Below the pieces are notes generated by a model that saw only the letters and a program-made list of their open reading frames with translations, was not told the DNA's origin and made no database searches. From assembly GCA_964247055.1 (NCBI GenBank), contig OZ176051.1:13392001-13456000 (forward strand): a stretch of 64,000 nt of DNA, given 5' to 3'. Position 1 is the first letter of the stretch; every line of letters begins with the position of its first letter. Positions 1-15,022 of the stretch are shown here, one piece after another. The stretch is from Paragordius varius (Eukaryota; Animalia; Nematomorpha). Position numbers and translations under genes: made by a program.

Positions 1-1810
1 GTATGGGAATCTGTATATCTAATATAAAAAAGGATATGCTCCAGTGCGAAAAGTACCGAAACATAGCTCTTATTAGCAATGTTAGTACGGTCATGCTAAA
101 AAATACAAGATGCACAGTATTATACAGTCAGAAATACCAGAAAATCAGGCCGGATTTGTGAAGGGAAAAAGCACAAGAGACCTATCAAACGAGAAGGATG
201 ATAGAAATATCTAGAGGAGATTTTCCGAAAGATTATACATGTGTTTTGTCGATTACAAACAAGCTTTTGATTCGATAAATCATGACCCCTTGTGGGGAAC
301 ATTAAAGTTACTAAGGGTATCTCCCACTTAATAAGATTGATTAGTTTTCTCTATGTAAATAAAGAGTGATTATTAAAACATCAGCGGGGGACACAGAAGA
401 AATACCTATCTTGTAAGGAATCAGACATGGGTGTCGCTTACCTTATCTGTTCAATCGTGCACAGATATAATTAAAGTTGTGGATTTTACTGCTTTTTCAA
501 AAAAGTCCGGTCAGACCCGACCACTTTTTACCTAAGTAAAAATCATGCGATATTGGATTATAAAAATAATGTTCAAACGACACTTTTCACTAATAATGTC
601 TTTTTTGCTAAAAGTTTGTATTATACATTTTGATATTTATTATTTACAAATGTTTTCAATCAAATTTATAATCAAGAATTTTTTCAAATAAATTATTTGA
701 ATCTTCAAATACATAACAACTAGTGTTTCAAATATAATTTTACCTAGTTTCTTTTACACTTTCTTTCATCATTGAAATATTCATTATAAAATGTTTTTCT
801 TTTAATGGTTATATATGGAATAATATTTTGCATAGCGCTTGATTTTGTTTTTCTTAACTGGATATGCTTAGATGCTAATTGGATGCATGTTACAATTTTT
901 TATTGTTAAATAAGCATATTTAAATATTTGATTTATATTTTAAAAAATATATTCGATAAAATCTTTTTATTTCTCTTCCAAAAATTTACCAGCATATTTT
1001 CAAAAAACAGCTGTATTTTAAGATAACCATGGTCAAAAAATAAATAGTCACTGACCTGGTCACCGGTCAATTGACCCGGTTAATGAGAAAATTTGGTAAA
1101 AATGTTGGAGTAAAAAAAGGAGGGAGAACAATCAATAATTTATTGCTTGTAGATAATACCACCCTGAGAACCGAAAATATAACCGATATGTTGATCGAAG
1201 AGATTCGGAAGGAAATTTTGAGTTTTAATCTTATGATTAACCCTAACAAAACCAAAATATTATCTGGAGAAAAGCCCACAATAGTTATTGATGTGAAAAT
1301 AGGATTAGTTAATCAAAACTCTTTTTACTATAATTTCCGAATATGGCGCTTCAACTCCTGACATCAGAAAGAGTATAGGATTGGGTAAAGCAATGACCAA
1401 ATTAATTAAGATTTGGAACAAAAGCATAAGGGTTGAAACCAAAAAGAGATGACTCTACTGTTTTGTTCTCCCGGTCACGTATGATTTTAAGAGCTGGACT
1501 CTCAAGAAAGTCTCATGGCTTTTAAAATCAGCTGCTGGCGTAGCTAGGACCCTGGAAATATAAAATTTAGAATGTAAATCTTACAACAAAATAAATCCTA
1601 AAACAATCTTAGATATAATTAAAAAGAACGTTAATATATTTTGGTCATGTCATGCGATCGAGGCCGACTAGCGATAAGTTGGTTATACATGATAAAATAT
1701 GAGACTAAGATTACAGTGAATGAATGTAGCGGTAAAAGATTGAAAGAAAAAATTCAATAGTAAAGATCATATCATAAAAGTCGTTTACCACTTAGAAATA
1801 ACCAAAAAAC
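1..1810 (+). mobile_element. RTE-like LINE reverse transcriptase relic, split by an insertion at ~472-1080
   Basis: Reads EIPENQAGFVKGKSTRD, MCFVDYKQAFDSINHD and GIRHGCRLPYLFN before 470. After 1081 it resumes as MRKFGKNVGVKKGGRTINNLLLVDNTTL (degenerate FADD region) and later SWTLKK. Many stops and frameshifts; runs off the window start. Confidence 0.9.
472..1080. mobile_element. ~610-bp AT-rich non-coding insertion in the LINE RT (MITE-like relic)
   Basis: RT frame is contiguous across it. TAAT lies at 468-471 and 1081-1084 (TTAA at 471-474 and 1080-1083). Right end carries the palindrome CCGGTCAATTGACCCGG; no matching left TIR seen. Confidence 0.6.
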
Positions 1811-2149
1811 AAAGGCATTGCAAAAAATTATACGTTACACCCGCTATGAATTTTTTTATAGGGATTAGATCATCTAAATTCGAGTGTAAAATTTATGTAT
1901 ATAATTTTTATGTTATAAAAATTGAAAATCTATCATACACTAGTCAAAAAGGTTTTGCCCCACCCCATTATTTTGCATTTTTTGTTAAAATGCTATGGAA
2001 AGTTAAAAATCCGATTTATATAAACGAAACTTATTGAAACACAAGCTGAAATATTGTATAATTTATAAATGAAGATAGAAATATCTTTGAAAACAAATCA
2101 CCGCTTAAAATCTAGTTTTAGTTTTTTTTCCATATATACACCGCCCAAA

Positions 2150-3445
2150 TTCTTTTCGTGTTATCTGTTTAATACCTCAATTCTAATCTTTTATCAAAAT
2201 GTCTTATCCCACGATTGGCATGATGACTGTTCAAATCGTATCTCCTTCCGTTTAAATAAGGCAACCCTCATCACTGTCGGAACTAACAAATGATAGCTGT
2301 CACCAACAAACTATCCAAACTTCTTCTCAAGATAATTCTCAAAACAATTTCATCCATTCTTGATTATGAAATTTCTGATGTACAGGTTGGCTTTAAAGCG
2401 ACACACTGCAAATCATTTAGTTAATGATACTATAATTCAGAGATATATTGAATTCGGTAAAAGTTTTTACTGCTGTTTTTTGGACTTCAGTTTGGCATTT
2501 GACACAGTCAATCACGACTGTCTGAAATTTACAATTTTCCGGAGTAGCTCTTTTGTTGCAATCGTTATATTCTAAGCACACAGCTATCAAAACACAATAC
2601 GGCCCTACCGATAGGTTCCCTATCCTTAGAGGAAGACAAGAATGCGTTTTTTCTTCCCTCCTGTTTAATTTATGCACAGAAGCATTAATCGCAATTGTCA
2701 TTTTCAGAAACATATTGGAGCGCGCATTGGTGGTCATACTGTATGCAATATCCGATATGATGATGATACGGTTTTCGTGGCGGAATCTCATTCGGACATA
2801 ATTTACATCATTAATTGACGTACAGTCGAAGCAAGTTTAATGGGTCTGAAGCTAAATCGATGAAATGATCCTTAACTCCCCCAGACACCAATATCACTTA
2901 ATTCCTCCTCTATCGACTTAATTGATCAAGTATCTAGGTTCAATAATTGCATCTGACAGCACTTAAGATCCCGACATAGGAGCACGTCTTGCTGTAGCAC
3001 GTGCTACCATGAGCCTGTTTAGAATTTGAATTCTTATTAGAGTTTCAACCAAATTAGCCGTCCAAAAAGCGATGGTTTCCCCGTTTGTTATTTACGTGTC
3101 AGAGCCATAAGTTTGTAAATCCACAACGCCCATATATGCTCATTACAAATTGGTGCTTCCAAAATATTTTGGGTATTTCCTGGAAAGTCCACATCTCCAA
3201 TTCATATATAAAATTTCTTAAACCAGAATCTTTACTTTATGATCTAGTGTTCTACAAGCAATAAAAATATCAGGACCACATCCGTCGATCCAGGTCCCTG
3301 GACATTCTCCTTGGATTGGTCGATGGGACTCGCAAAAGAGGCCGCCCTAAAAAGCGGTTTCTCGATATTATCAAATCAGTTACTAACCTTATCCTCTCTC
3401 AATATTTGAAAGTCCCAAGATCGTCCAGAACGGAAAACACTTATT
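2150..3445 (+). mobile_element. 5'-truncated RTE-like LINE RT relic
   Basis: QVGFK, FYCCFLDFSLAFDTVNHD, RGRQECVFSSLLFNL, GGHTVCNIRYDDDT and C-terminal KRGRPKKRFLDIIK; frameshifted. Confidence 0.88.
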
Positions 3446-3695
3446 TATAAGGTAAGACTTGCTGCGCGACTACTTTTAAACACACACAGTTAATTTTTAT
3501 GTATATGTTTTTTATTTAATTTTATACCTAAAATTATCTTCAAAATATTTGTTACATCGATGCACAAACTATGAAAAAGCGCAGTTACTTTTCTAGAATT
3601 TTCCCTTTATATAAATAAAAATATATCATAATTGTTTAGGATTATCAAAAAATTTTTAATAGCATTTTTCATAATAAATTGATATAATTTTGCAG

Positions 3696-4872
3696 GTGGA
3701 TACATTCCAGGTTAATTATAATTATATACATATATTATATGCCATCATTCAAAAGAAAGGTCCATAACATTTTGCGGATTACATAATTTAACCATTGCAT
3801 TTGATTATAGCCTAGTAGCCAATGAATAATTTTTTTAATTTAAGCCAATATCATATTTTTAATGATAAATTTAAGTCTCTGAGGTTGACTATTTCATAAA
3901 TTAATTTAAGGTAAAAATGTTTGGAGTAAATACAAATTCTTAAAAACTCGTATGAGACAAAAATATACTAGCATAAGAAAACGAAAATATTTGTAAGATA
4001 TTTGATTAGATTGGGCTGGATTCAATTATTCAGATGATCTGTATTTTATTAATTTATTTCAGGTAGGAATACGATTATGAGTTGTCATTATTGCTGCTCA
4101 GACGAAAACAAATATTAATCAATTTTTATCTTTTGCTAAAAAATAGCCTAAAGATATAAATGGCTAAAATATATTTGATGTTATGCGTATTTTATAAAAA
4201 ATATTTTAATAATATACTAGTTTATTTAAAAGATAATTAAATAATTTATAGGTCAGAAGATATTATAATTTTTATTTATAGTTTTTAGCCAAAAAACTAT
4301 GGCTATCATTCAATAGATATCATTCTCATGGTATCAATAAAAACAATATTTTGGCAAAGATATTATTGAATTAATATAAATTTTTAAACCTATCGTGCTG
4401 AGTATAATAAAATACTTTACAATAAAAAGATGATAAATAATATTTAGATATATTGTATAGTTACTGGCAGTTTTTTAGATGCTATTAATATTTATTAAAG
4501 GTTTTGACTATAAATCTATAAGGTGTATCATACAACTTTCTATCAAAAAGCATATTTATAGTGTGCCAAAAGCTAAAAAAAAATTTTGGCAAAACTCGTA
4601 TCGAAGGCCAAACAATTTCTCTAATATTTTATTAATTTAATTTAAGTAATAGCCTTAAAATGTCATGAGGTAGAATAAATCGTAATTATTATATTTTAAG
4701 ACTGTTTAATTATTAACTTCATAAAAATATTGATTGCAAATATTTACTTTTTATCACTAATTTGCGACTCAACTATTAATCTTATCAATGTTTTCACGAT
4801 ACATATGGATGCTTTTAAGTTTAGAAACTCTTAGGGAAATGGAAACTACCCAATTGATGTTTGGGAGAAACG
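3696..4872 (+). CDS. Tentative small exons 3696-3710, 4010-4062, 4835-4872 (possible 5' part of the 10670-18156 gene)
   Basis: tttgcag|GTGGATACATTCCAG|gttaat, gattag|...TTTCAG|gtagga and ctcttag|...AAACG|gtatgt chain in phase (1-1, 1-0, 0-2), giving GGYIPDWAGFNYSDDLYFINLFQGNGNYPIDVWEKR. An alternative acceptor at 4824 gives another frame. Confidence 0.3.
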
Positions 4873-5799
4873 GTATGTATTTAAATAATTTCACACACAT
4901 GATTAATAACAATCAATTTCCATTACCTTATAAAGACAATCAATTTTTATATAACATAATTTATTGTAAAAAACTTTTATATTTTATCAGAAATATTATT
5001 TATTGGTTGTGGTAAATAATTTTATTTATTGATTATTTATATTATAATCTTGTAACATCGTGGTTAAAAACTAAAAATTATTTTTTTATTTTTTGTTATT
5101 GCTCCATTTATACAACTTGTCCAAAAAACTCAGTTTCAATATCCTGTAATATATTAAATTTTAGGATCCTATATTAGTAGAGATAGAGATGAAATATGGA
5201 AATATCAAAATTAAAATCGCAAAATCGCCACATTATAATAAATATTTATTTACAAATATATATTTATATGTCTTTGGTTTCTCATAACCATAATCTGGGG
5301 AGCATCAGTAACCTTAACATATTATTACAAAATTATATAAATAAATGTTTGGAAAATTGCGATTTTTTTTATTGATAATCAGCCTCATTCAATTCTTCGG
5401 TTACTCAATGTTTTATTCACCTTAAAAAGTTGTCTTAGTCGATTCATAAAGAGTCATTAACATCCCAACGATCCCTTATTCGATTTATATCGGTCAAACT
5501 ATTAAAAAATTTTTTCAATTCTACATTTGACCAGGCGAATAGATTTATTATATCCTTCTTGAATAATAACCTCATTTCTATCTGAACAAACGTATAAATG
5601 GGATTCCCAACGAACTGTCCCGACTTTTCTCTAAGATTATAACAAAAAATTATAACTACAGTAGATTATTAAAAGGCGATATTTTATAAAACCTTATACT
5701 CTATAAATATAATGGATCCGATATAAATTATACGCCTTTTTTTAAATGTAATATGGCTTTCGACACAATTATATAAAACTGTTACCTGTCATTTTAAAA

Positions 5800-6720
5800 T
5801 AAAATAATATAATGGCTAATTACTCCCAACATGTTCCTCTAAAACACCTTGGCGCGCAGACGACATGTGTTTCGACTCGATTATTTTGAATAACGATGTG
5901 AGGCGATGTCTGGCGAACATTAATTCTTTTTTGCCAACCTCGAGTCTTTTCATTCCGATTCCACAAACCTTGCTTGGGATATGAAATTTTTAAACAAAAT
6001 CTATTGATCCCTTTCCGATCGAAAAATAAAATAAATCCATTGTACCCCTGTGATTCCAGCCAAAATTTGGTGGGGCATTCTTTTACCCACAATAATACTG
6101 GCGATATGACGGTAAAACATATAGCATAGCAAGTCTGAAGGATTTCCACCTGTTCTTACAGTCCGATAGTTTTTTTTTGTTATTCGAATCGTCCTCTTTA
6201 CTAACCCATTAGAATGAGAATCGTAATGAGGCGGAAAAATATGCATAATATTAAGTTTTAAACACTCTTTTGAATTCAGACGAAGTATATTGTTATCCGT
6301 TACCAGAGACTTATGAAATAGGTAGTCCAAACCGACCAAAAATATTATATAAGCTATTTATAATAAGATGTAAGCTTATTATCGAGCACAACTTCACACC
6401 ATTTACGTGTCTACTAAACAGTATCTTCCATCCGTAGACCTGTTATACTTTCGCCCAAAAGTTCCGGCCTATTATTGCTATTCTAACTATCTTTGGCAAG
6501 ATTTTCAGGATTTCAGTTTTTTTCAATGATATTTATTGAATTCCATCAGACTAACTGGTTCAAGATTTCATCTTTATGATTACCATGGGCCTATTATAGA
6601 ACTAATATAACTTTTACTCTTTTAGCAACTACTATTTTGCTATGCCATATCAGCATTCCGTTTTCAACCTGTATTTCACTGGGATTGAATCAAAATATTC
6701 AGGACAATAGCCTCTCTTAG
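5800..6720 (-). mobile_element. Ty3/gypsy integrase relic
   Basis: ENGMLIWHSKIVV...AHGNH (H2C2 zinc-finger region), SKWCEV-like core, HIFPPHYDSHSNGLVKRTIR; disrupted. Confidence 0.8.
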
Positions 6721-7904
6721 GAACAAAAAAAATTGGCTTAAAATAGAGTATTTCTCATTTTTATTTTGATTCTTAACAAATTTAGATTTTAAATCCTTGA
6801 ATCGATTATCAGAATAAATTTGTTTTAAGTTAGATCAAAAGTTCTAGATGCGATAATTAATTTTAGTTTACAATGGTTAATGTTTTGGTTTATATTATAA
6901 ATTATTTTTATAATCGTTTGACGAAAGGTTTAGTAAAATGGAGCCGGTTTCAAATGTCAAGATGTTACACAATCTTTCAATTTTAAACCAACCAAGTTCC
7001 GGTCTTGGCTCCGAAATCACCTCTATTCCAATTTTAAAATTTTACATCTCCACGGTTCAATTATTAAATTTTAGAAACCAGAATGAGTTCCTGTTCCACT
7101 TTGGAACCGGCTCGAAGCCTTATTAAAACATAATAGTCTCGATACCATATGATCCGTAGGTTTTAATTTTAATTGGTCCATATTATTATTGACAAACACG
7201 TTTTTATAGTAATCATTCATTTTTTTAATTTTTTAATGTGTTTTGATGTTCTTTTCATAAATGTCTTTTCCTCACTCAATGATTGATTGCGAACAATTAG
7301 TAATGTTTGAAGATTCGGTTTAAATTTTCATCAAAGTACAACCATTTTTAGAAAAACTCTTAAGTTGAGCCCAATTGCAAGAAATCGCCGTTTTTTTATT
7401 AGCCCAAACTTTGTCATATCTATCACATTTTTAAAATTGTAAACCACAAATATTCCAGACACGCCTTTTTTTTAGATTACTTTCTTTGAGCTTAAAACCT
7501 ATTTTAGTCTAGTCGAAACTTGTTTCGAATTATTTATGCTCAATCATATTTTTAACCGAAATAATTTACTATCAAATAGTAATGCAATACATTCACTCAT
7601 TCGAAAAATGCGTGAAATTAGCTTTATAATTTCTTATGATTTTTCTATTTATCGTTTTATTTGAAGTATATGACCAATTTCGAATCATAATTTTTATTCC
7701 TCAGTTGTAAAGATGCATATTTTATTTTATTTTTATTTATTGATATATATTTATTTATTGATATATATTTATTTATCTATTTTATTTGGTTCAAATAATT
7801 TGCTTCTTTTTTGGTTACATTTAAATATTAATCAACTTTAGTGTTTATTTTTATCTATTATTATTCTTCTTATTTATTGTCTTTTTGTTTTTTATGGGTG
7901 TTTT

Positions 7905-10000
<2,096 letters not shown>

Positions 10001-10669
10001 TTAATTTCACTTTATATGCTTTAACTTAAAGGCAGCCAAATATAAGTACTGAGTGTACTTCTCTAATCATGCAAAGTTTTGTAAATAAATTGTTTAGTTG
10101 AACATTGTATGTTTTTCCTAATATGAGCTTTTGTAAGCTCGAGCATTCCGGCTTCTGCTTATACTTGCATCTAGAGCTCTTATTTTTGTAAAAAAAAATA
10201 TTTTTTCTTTATGTGCATACCATATATAGATGTCCATGTATATAACTATGATGTTACCATGTAGATAATTGATTCACATATTGACTTATTTACCATTCAA
10301 ATCCCCTAAATTAATTTCTGGTTTATTTGCTAAATAATGTTCAGAGTATTTTTATATAATTTTTATTTTGAAGGTTTGGCATACATTTATATTAGTTTGC
10401 CTACCGATTCTTAGATTAAGATTTATTACCAAAAATGTCAAACATTTACTATCATATTTTTAACCAAATAGTAAAAGAAGTCTAAAAACTTTTTTTATAT
10501 TTTTTTATTTATTTTAGAATACCCAATTAAAAATAATAAAAAAAGAGATATGATCTACGAATATTATATCTATAAACCGCAACAAAATTAGCTTTATGTT
10601 TTTTGAAATGTCTTATAGTTATAACAATCTCATGATTGCAAATAATTTTATTTCAAATTAGTTTTGCAG

Positions 10670-11469
10670 TGTGCAAGAACATGTGTAAACTATTGTGATA
10701 CTTTTAACATTGCAAAGTGCGATTGTTCTTGCTTTACACCGGCCTATTGCGGGAATGTCATGTGCCCAGCAGGATCTATATACGATCCTGATCCGAATAA
10801 TGGATGCGCCACATGCCAAAGTAGTTTTATTAAATTTTTATACATATTTATACAATCGTTGTTATACACAATACACATCGGATATAAACCCCAATTGAGA
10901 ATCTTTTGTCAAGCCAAAAATGTCTTGATTTTTTTTCATGAATAAATATATCAGGATTTTTATGGAGAAAAATATATTGACTCGTATTTTACGGTATTAT
11001 AAAACAGGTGAAAACGGTAGAAACACTAAGGTTTTATCGGAAAATTGTTCAATATAATTTGATAAAGCTGAACATACTAAAGTACGTGTTCATCATAAAT
11101 TTTTAGTTAAATAATATTTATACCAAAAAAATTACTAAACTTTATATTAAAAGAGGTAATAGAAATTTTAGCGTCTCTAATTACATGTAAAATTAATTTT
11201 ATAATGTATTCAATTGTTTCTATACCATTTAAGAATGTATGCATTTTTACAATAAATTTTTTTAGTGTTGTAAGTTATATATTAATAATTGGTATTGTTT
11301 CGGCTTTTTTGTGTTTTTAAGAATGACCATTTAAGAGGGGAGAGGGAAATTGGGCTCTCCTCTTATAATAAAATTTTGCGATTTTTCGATGAGGACAATT
11401 ATTAAATAGTAATCCCATTTTCAAATCACTCCTAAGGCCCGAAACTAAAAGCACCATAAAAATTCTACA

Positions 11470-11520
<51 letters not shown>

Positions 11521-14137
11521 TAAGAATATTTTTTATCACCGATTACACAGTGTTATTTTAATGGGGCTTAGCCAAAATTATCTTTGCAACATTTGTTAAA
11601 AGTAGGAGAATTAAAATAACGCATAAAATGTGCTACATTAAAAATTGATTGTATATCATTACATTTTAAAATTATTAAGTTTTATAATGCAGTGTAGCTT
11701 AATAGAAATGATTCTTATAAAAATAATTCATCGCTAAACGGTAAATGTTTTGCAATATAATTTGCACTATGTATGCATACTTTTTTAAATATATGACTAA
11801 TAACGTTACTTATCTTCCAAAAGTTATATAATTATCATATTTAAAGACTTGGTCATGCCTTCAATGATAATGTTTAATTATATTAAAAAGTTTAATATGT
11901 CAAGGAGACTCTTCAAGGACTGCTATTTGGTGGGCTTAATGATATAATTAATTAAACATTATTTAAATTCCATGCGGCAAAAATGCGTATAATACATATC
12001 ACATATAAAAGGATAAAAATAAAAAATATATAAAGGAAAGACACAATAACATATGAATTTTAATTCTGATATTCAAAAAAACATATTTTTTTCAGCCAAA
12101 TTATACAATTCGAAGACTCAGTTTCATTTCTGCGACAATTGCTTATTATATTCATAAAATCTAAAATTTATAAAAAAAGCGTTAATCGAAACGAAGTTTT
12201 AAGTTTGGTTGGAAAAATGCTGAGTTCGATTGAAATAGTATTGAGTTTAGTTGAAGAGCTGCGTTAGGTTAAAAAATTTTGATTTTTAATATAAAGTTCT
12301 GTTAAGAAAGCGATATGATATAACAAATAATGGAAACAGCACGCATGGGGTACGCCCCTTCGTAATAATTATAAACCATCAGGATATCGTGCCCTATACA
12401 AGTATTGGGAAAAAACTACCATTTTATTTAATTTTTGCTTAATTGTTTTTTGGTATTATATATCCATTAGATATTATGCCAAATACAATAAGCGTCTCGA
12501 AATAGCAGACTTATACAATATACACATTTTCAGACTTATGTTGTAAAAATGTCGTATAAAAGCTTGGTTAAATGTACAATTGCAATTTAATCCGCATAAC
12601 AAGTTATATTTGTAAGGCGTTTTGAATTATATTATATTCGGCTGAAATTTTATTTATAATAATTTAATACATAAAAAAGTAGTTGAGAAATTAGAGAACC
12701 CTCCTTGGGACATCCATTGCGTTTAAAAAATGGTAAAATGAGCTATCAGTTGTTATAATTTATCTGTGGTGTTGTAGATATCGACTTCCGAGCACCGTAC
12801 TAATATAGGAATTTATTTTAGGGAATATCATTAACTATATAAGGCAAATATAATTAATTTTGGTTTCAGATTCGGCCTCCAAAATGTACCTGTCTAAAAT
12901 GGGCCATTTTTAATTCTCAAAAATGCCGATATTTCGTACATTTTTTAAATTACCAAATTTTGACATAAGAAAACGTTTTCCAAAATCGATATTTTGCTCA
13001 AAATAATTTAGAGGGATAATTTTGGGCGAATTATGGTGTTAAGCATGGTGATAACGGTATATATATATATATATATAAATCTATATATATATATACACCT
13101 TAAATTATAATATAAAATCTATATAATCCATGATGCTAACACTACCTTTCGACTCATTTGTTTGTCATATTATCTTTTGGGAGAATAATTTTATATTAAA
13201 TGTAATTTGAAAGACAAACATATACTTCTATCAAATTCTGAGTTTAAATATTATGCACCATTATATTATATAGGGTATTTATTATATGAAATGTTTTAAC
13301 AGTTTCCATAATATAATCATATAAACTCTGACTGTTAAATTATACACCAAGTATGCATTTTCAAAAATATTTTTTTAATCACATATAGTATATATTCATT
13401 CAACTTGAGCAATATTTTATGCGTCTAAAATAAAAGCTAGTCTTTATTATATCAATATTTGAGACAAGCGAGCCCACATTCAAAAATTAAAATTTTGTCA
13501 TGGTTTTGCTTTTTAAACACAATTGATTATTTTAATGATAGTGCGGACAATCCATTTGGTTTTCACAAAAAAAATTATTGTGCACAAAATTACGATGTTT
13601 TTATATAGAGTTACCATCAAAAAAATAATATTTTAATTCATTCATTTCAAAATAAAAAACACCAAGAAATCCTGATGCATTTATCTTTCAAAATGTCTTC
13701 ATTTAGGATTTTGCCAATAATTTTGTATACTGTGTATCTTAAAAAAAATTATACCATTTTATTTTCATTCTAACACAGTATTTTTTCAATAAATCCAACA
13801 TTTTAAATAACCTCATTTCCGTTTTCAATATTTACAATCAACTTAATTAATTAAAAGCATGTAATCTAACAACTCATTAATTTCCATTTTGGTCAAAATA
13901 CTTCGAACCTTATTATTTTAAGACATCATGTCTTTTTATACACAAAGTTTTTGAAGGAACTAATAATATAAGTAAAATGGAATTTAAAAAAATAATTGAT
14001 ATTTAATGCATGTGCAAAGAGCGAATGCTTAATTAATATTTTTAATAAACTTTTATAAAATATTTAGAGGCTGGGTATTCATTAAGGTAAAATATATGAA
14101 TATATGTTCATTTTTAATCAACTCGGCACATTTTAAA

Positions 14138-14220
<83 letters not shown>

Positions 14221-14989
14221 TCTTGACAGTTTATCCAAATTTAATACAATCAATGGCTCTCGTAAGAATCAAAATTTTTAAATAAACAGTGTTTATGCTA
14301 TTGAACGTCATTTTTTTAATACAAGAGAAAGTTATGATTGCTTAGAGGTGTTTATACCACCTTCCCTCCCCAAATGTATTATGAACCGTCATAATGAGCC
14401 ATAATTATTGAAAAAATATATTTTTAATAAAAAAAATTTATTTATGGTAAATACTATCACATATTATATATTATTAATAAATTTATATATCAATATAAAA
14501 AAATTTAGTTTTATTTGTTAATAAAATCTCATAATGCGCATAATTAGCCATATTTATTTTTCTAAATCAGATTTTAATGGGGATTCAACTCTATATAATA
14601 ATTTTGCAGTAATTTAAACCGCCCTGTAAAAGCATAAAATGCACAATAATAATAAAATTATATTAATTGAATTTCAGACGCACGCTTTTGTTTTAAACAT
14701 GGTTAGGATCATAGTATCTATACTTTTTAGATTATTCTTACTGTTAACGAAGTTTGAAATGCAAAATAGATATTAAAATGAATGATTTATATACATTATA
14801 AAAAATAAATAATGTTTTATAAAAAACTCTTTATCTCAAGTGATAAAACATTTTCGCGGATAGTATAGGTCGCGACTTTATAGAGCAGGGTGGCCAAGCT
14901 TTTTCTTCTCGCGGGCTAGGGGAGAAAATTTCACGCGGGCACGTATGAATATTGAGTATTACAAATTCATTTATAACAAACAAATGATG

Positions 14990-15022
<33 letters not shown>

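Noticed and set aside
14053-14281. YIYIYI ORFs (also 14831, 34890, 47647)
   Set aside because: (AT)n microsatellites.
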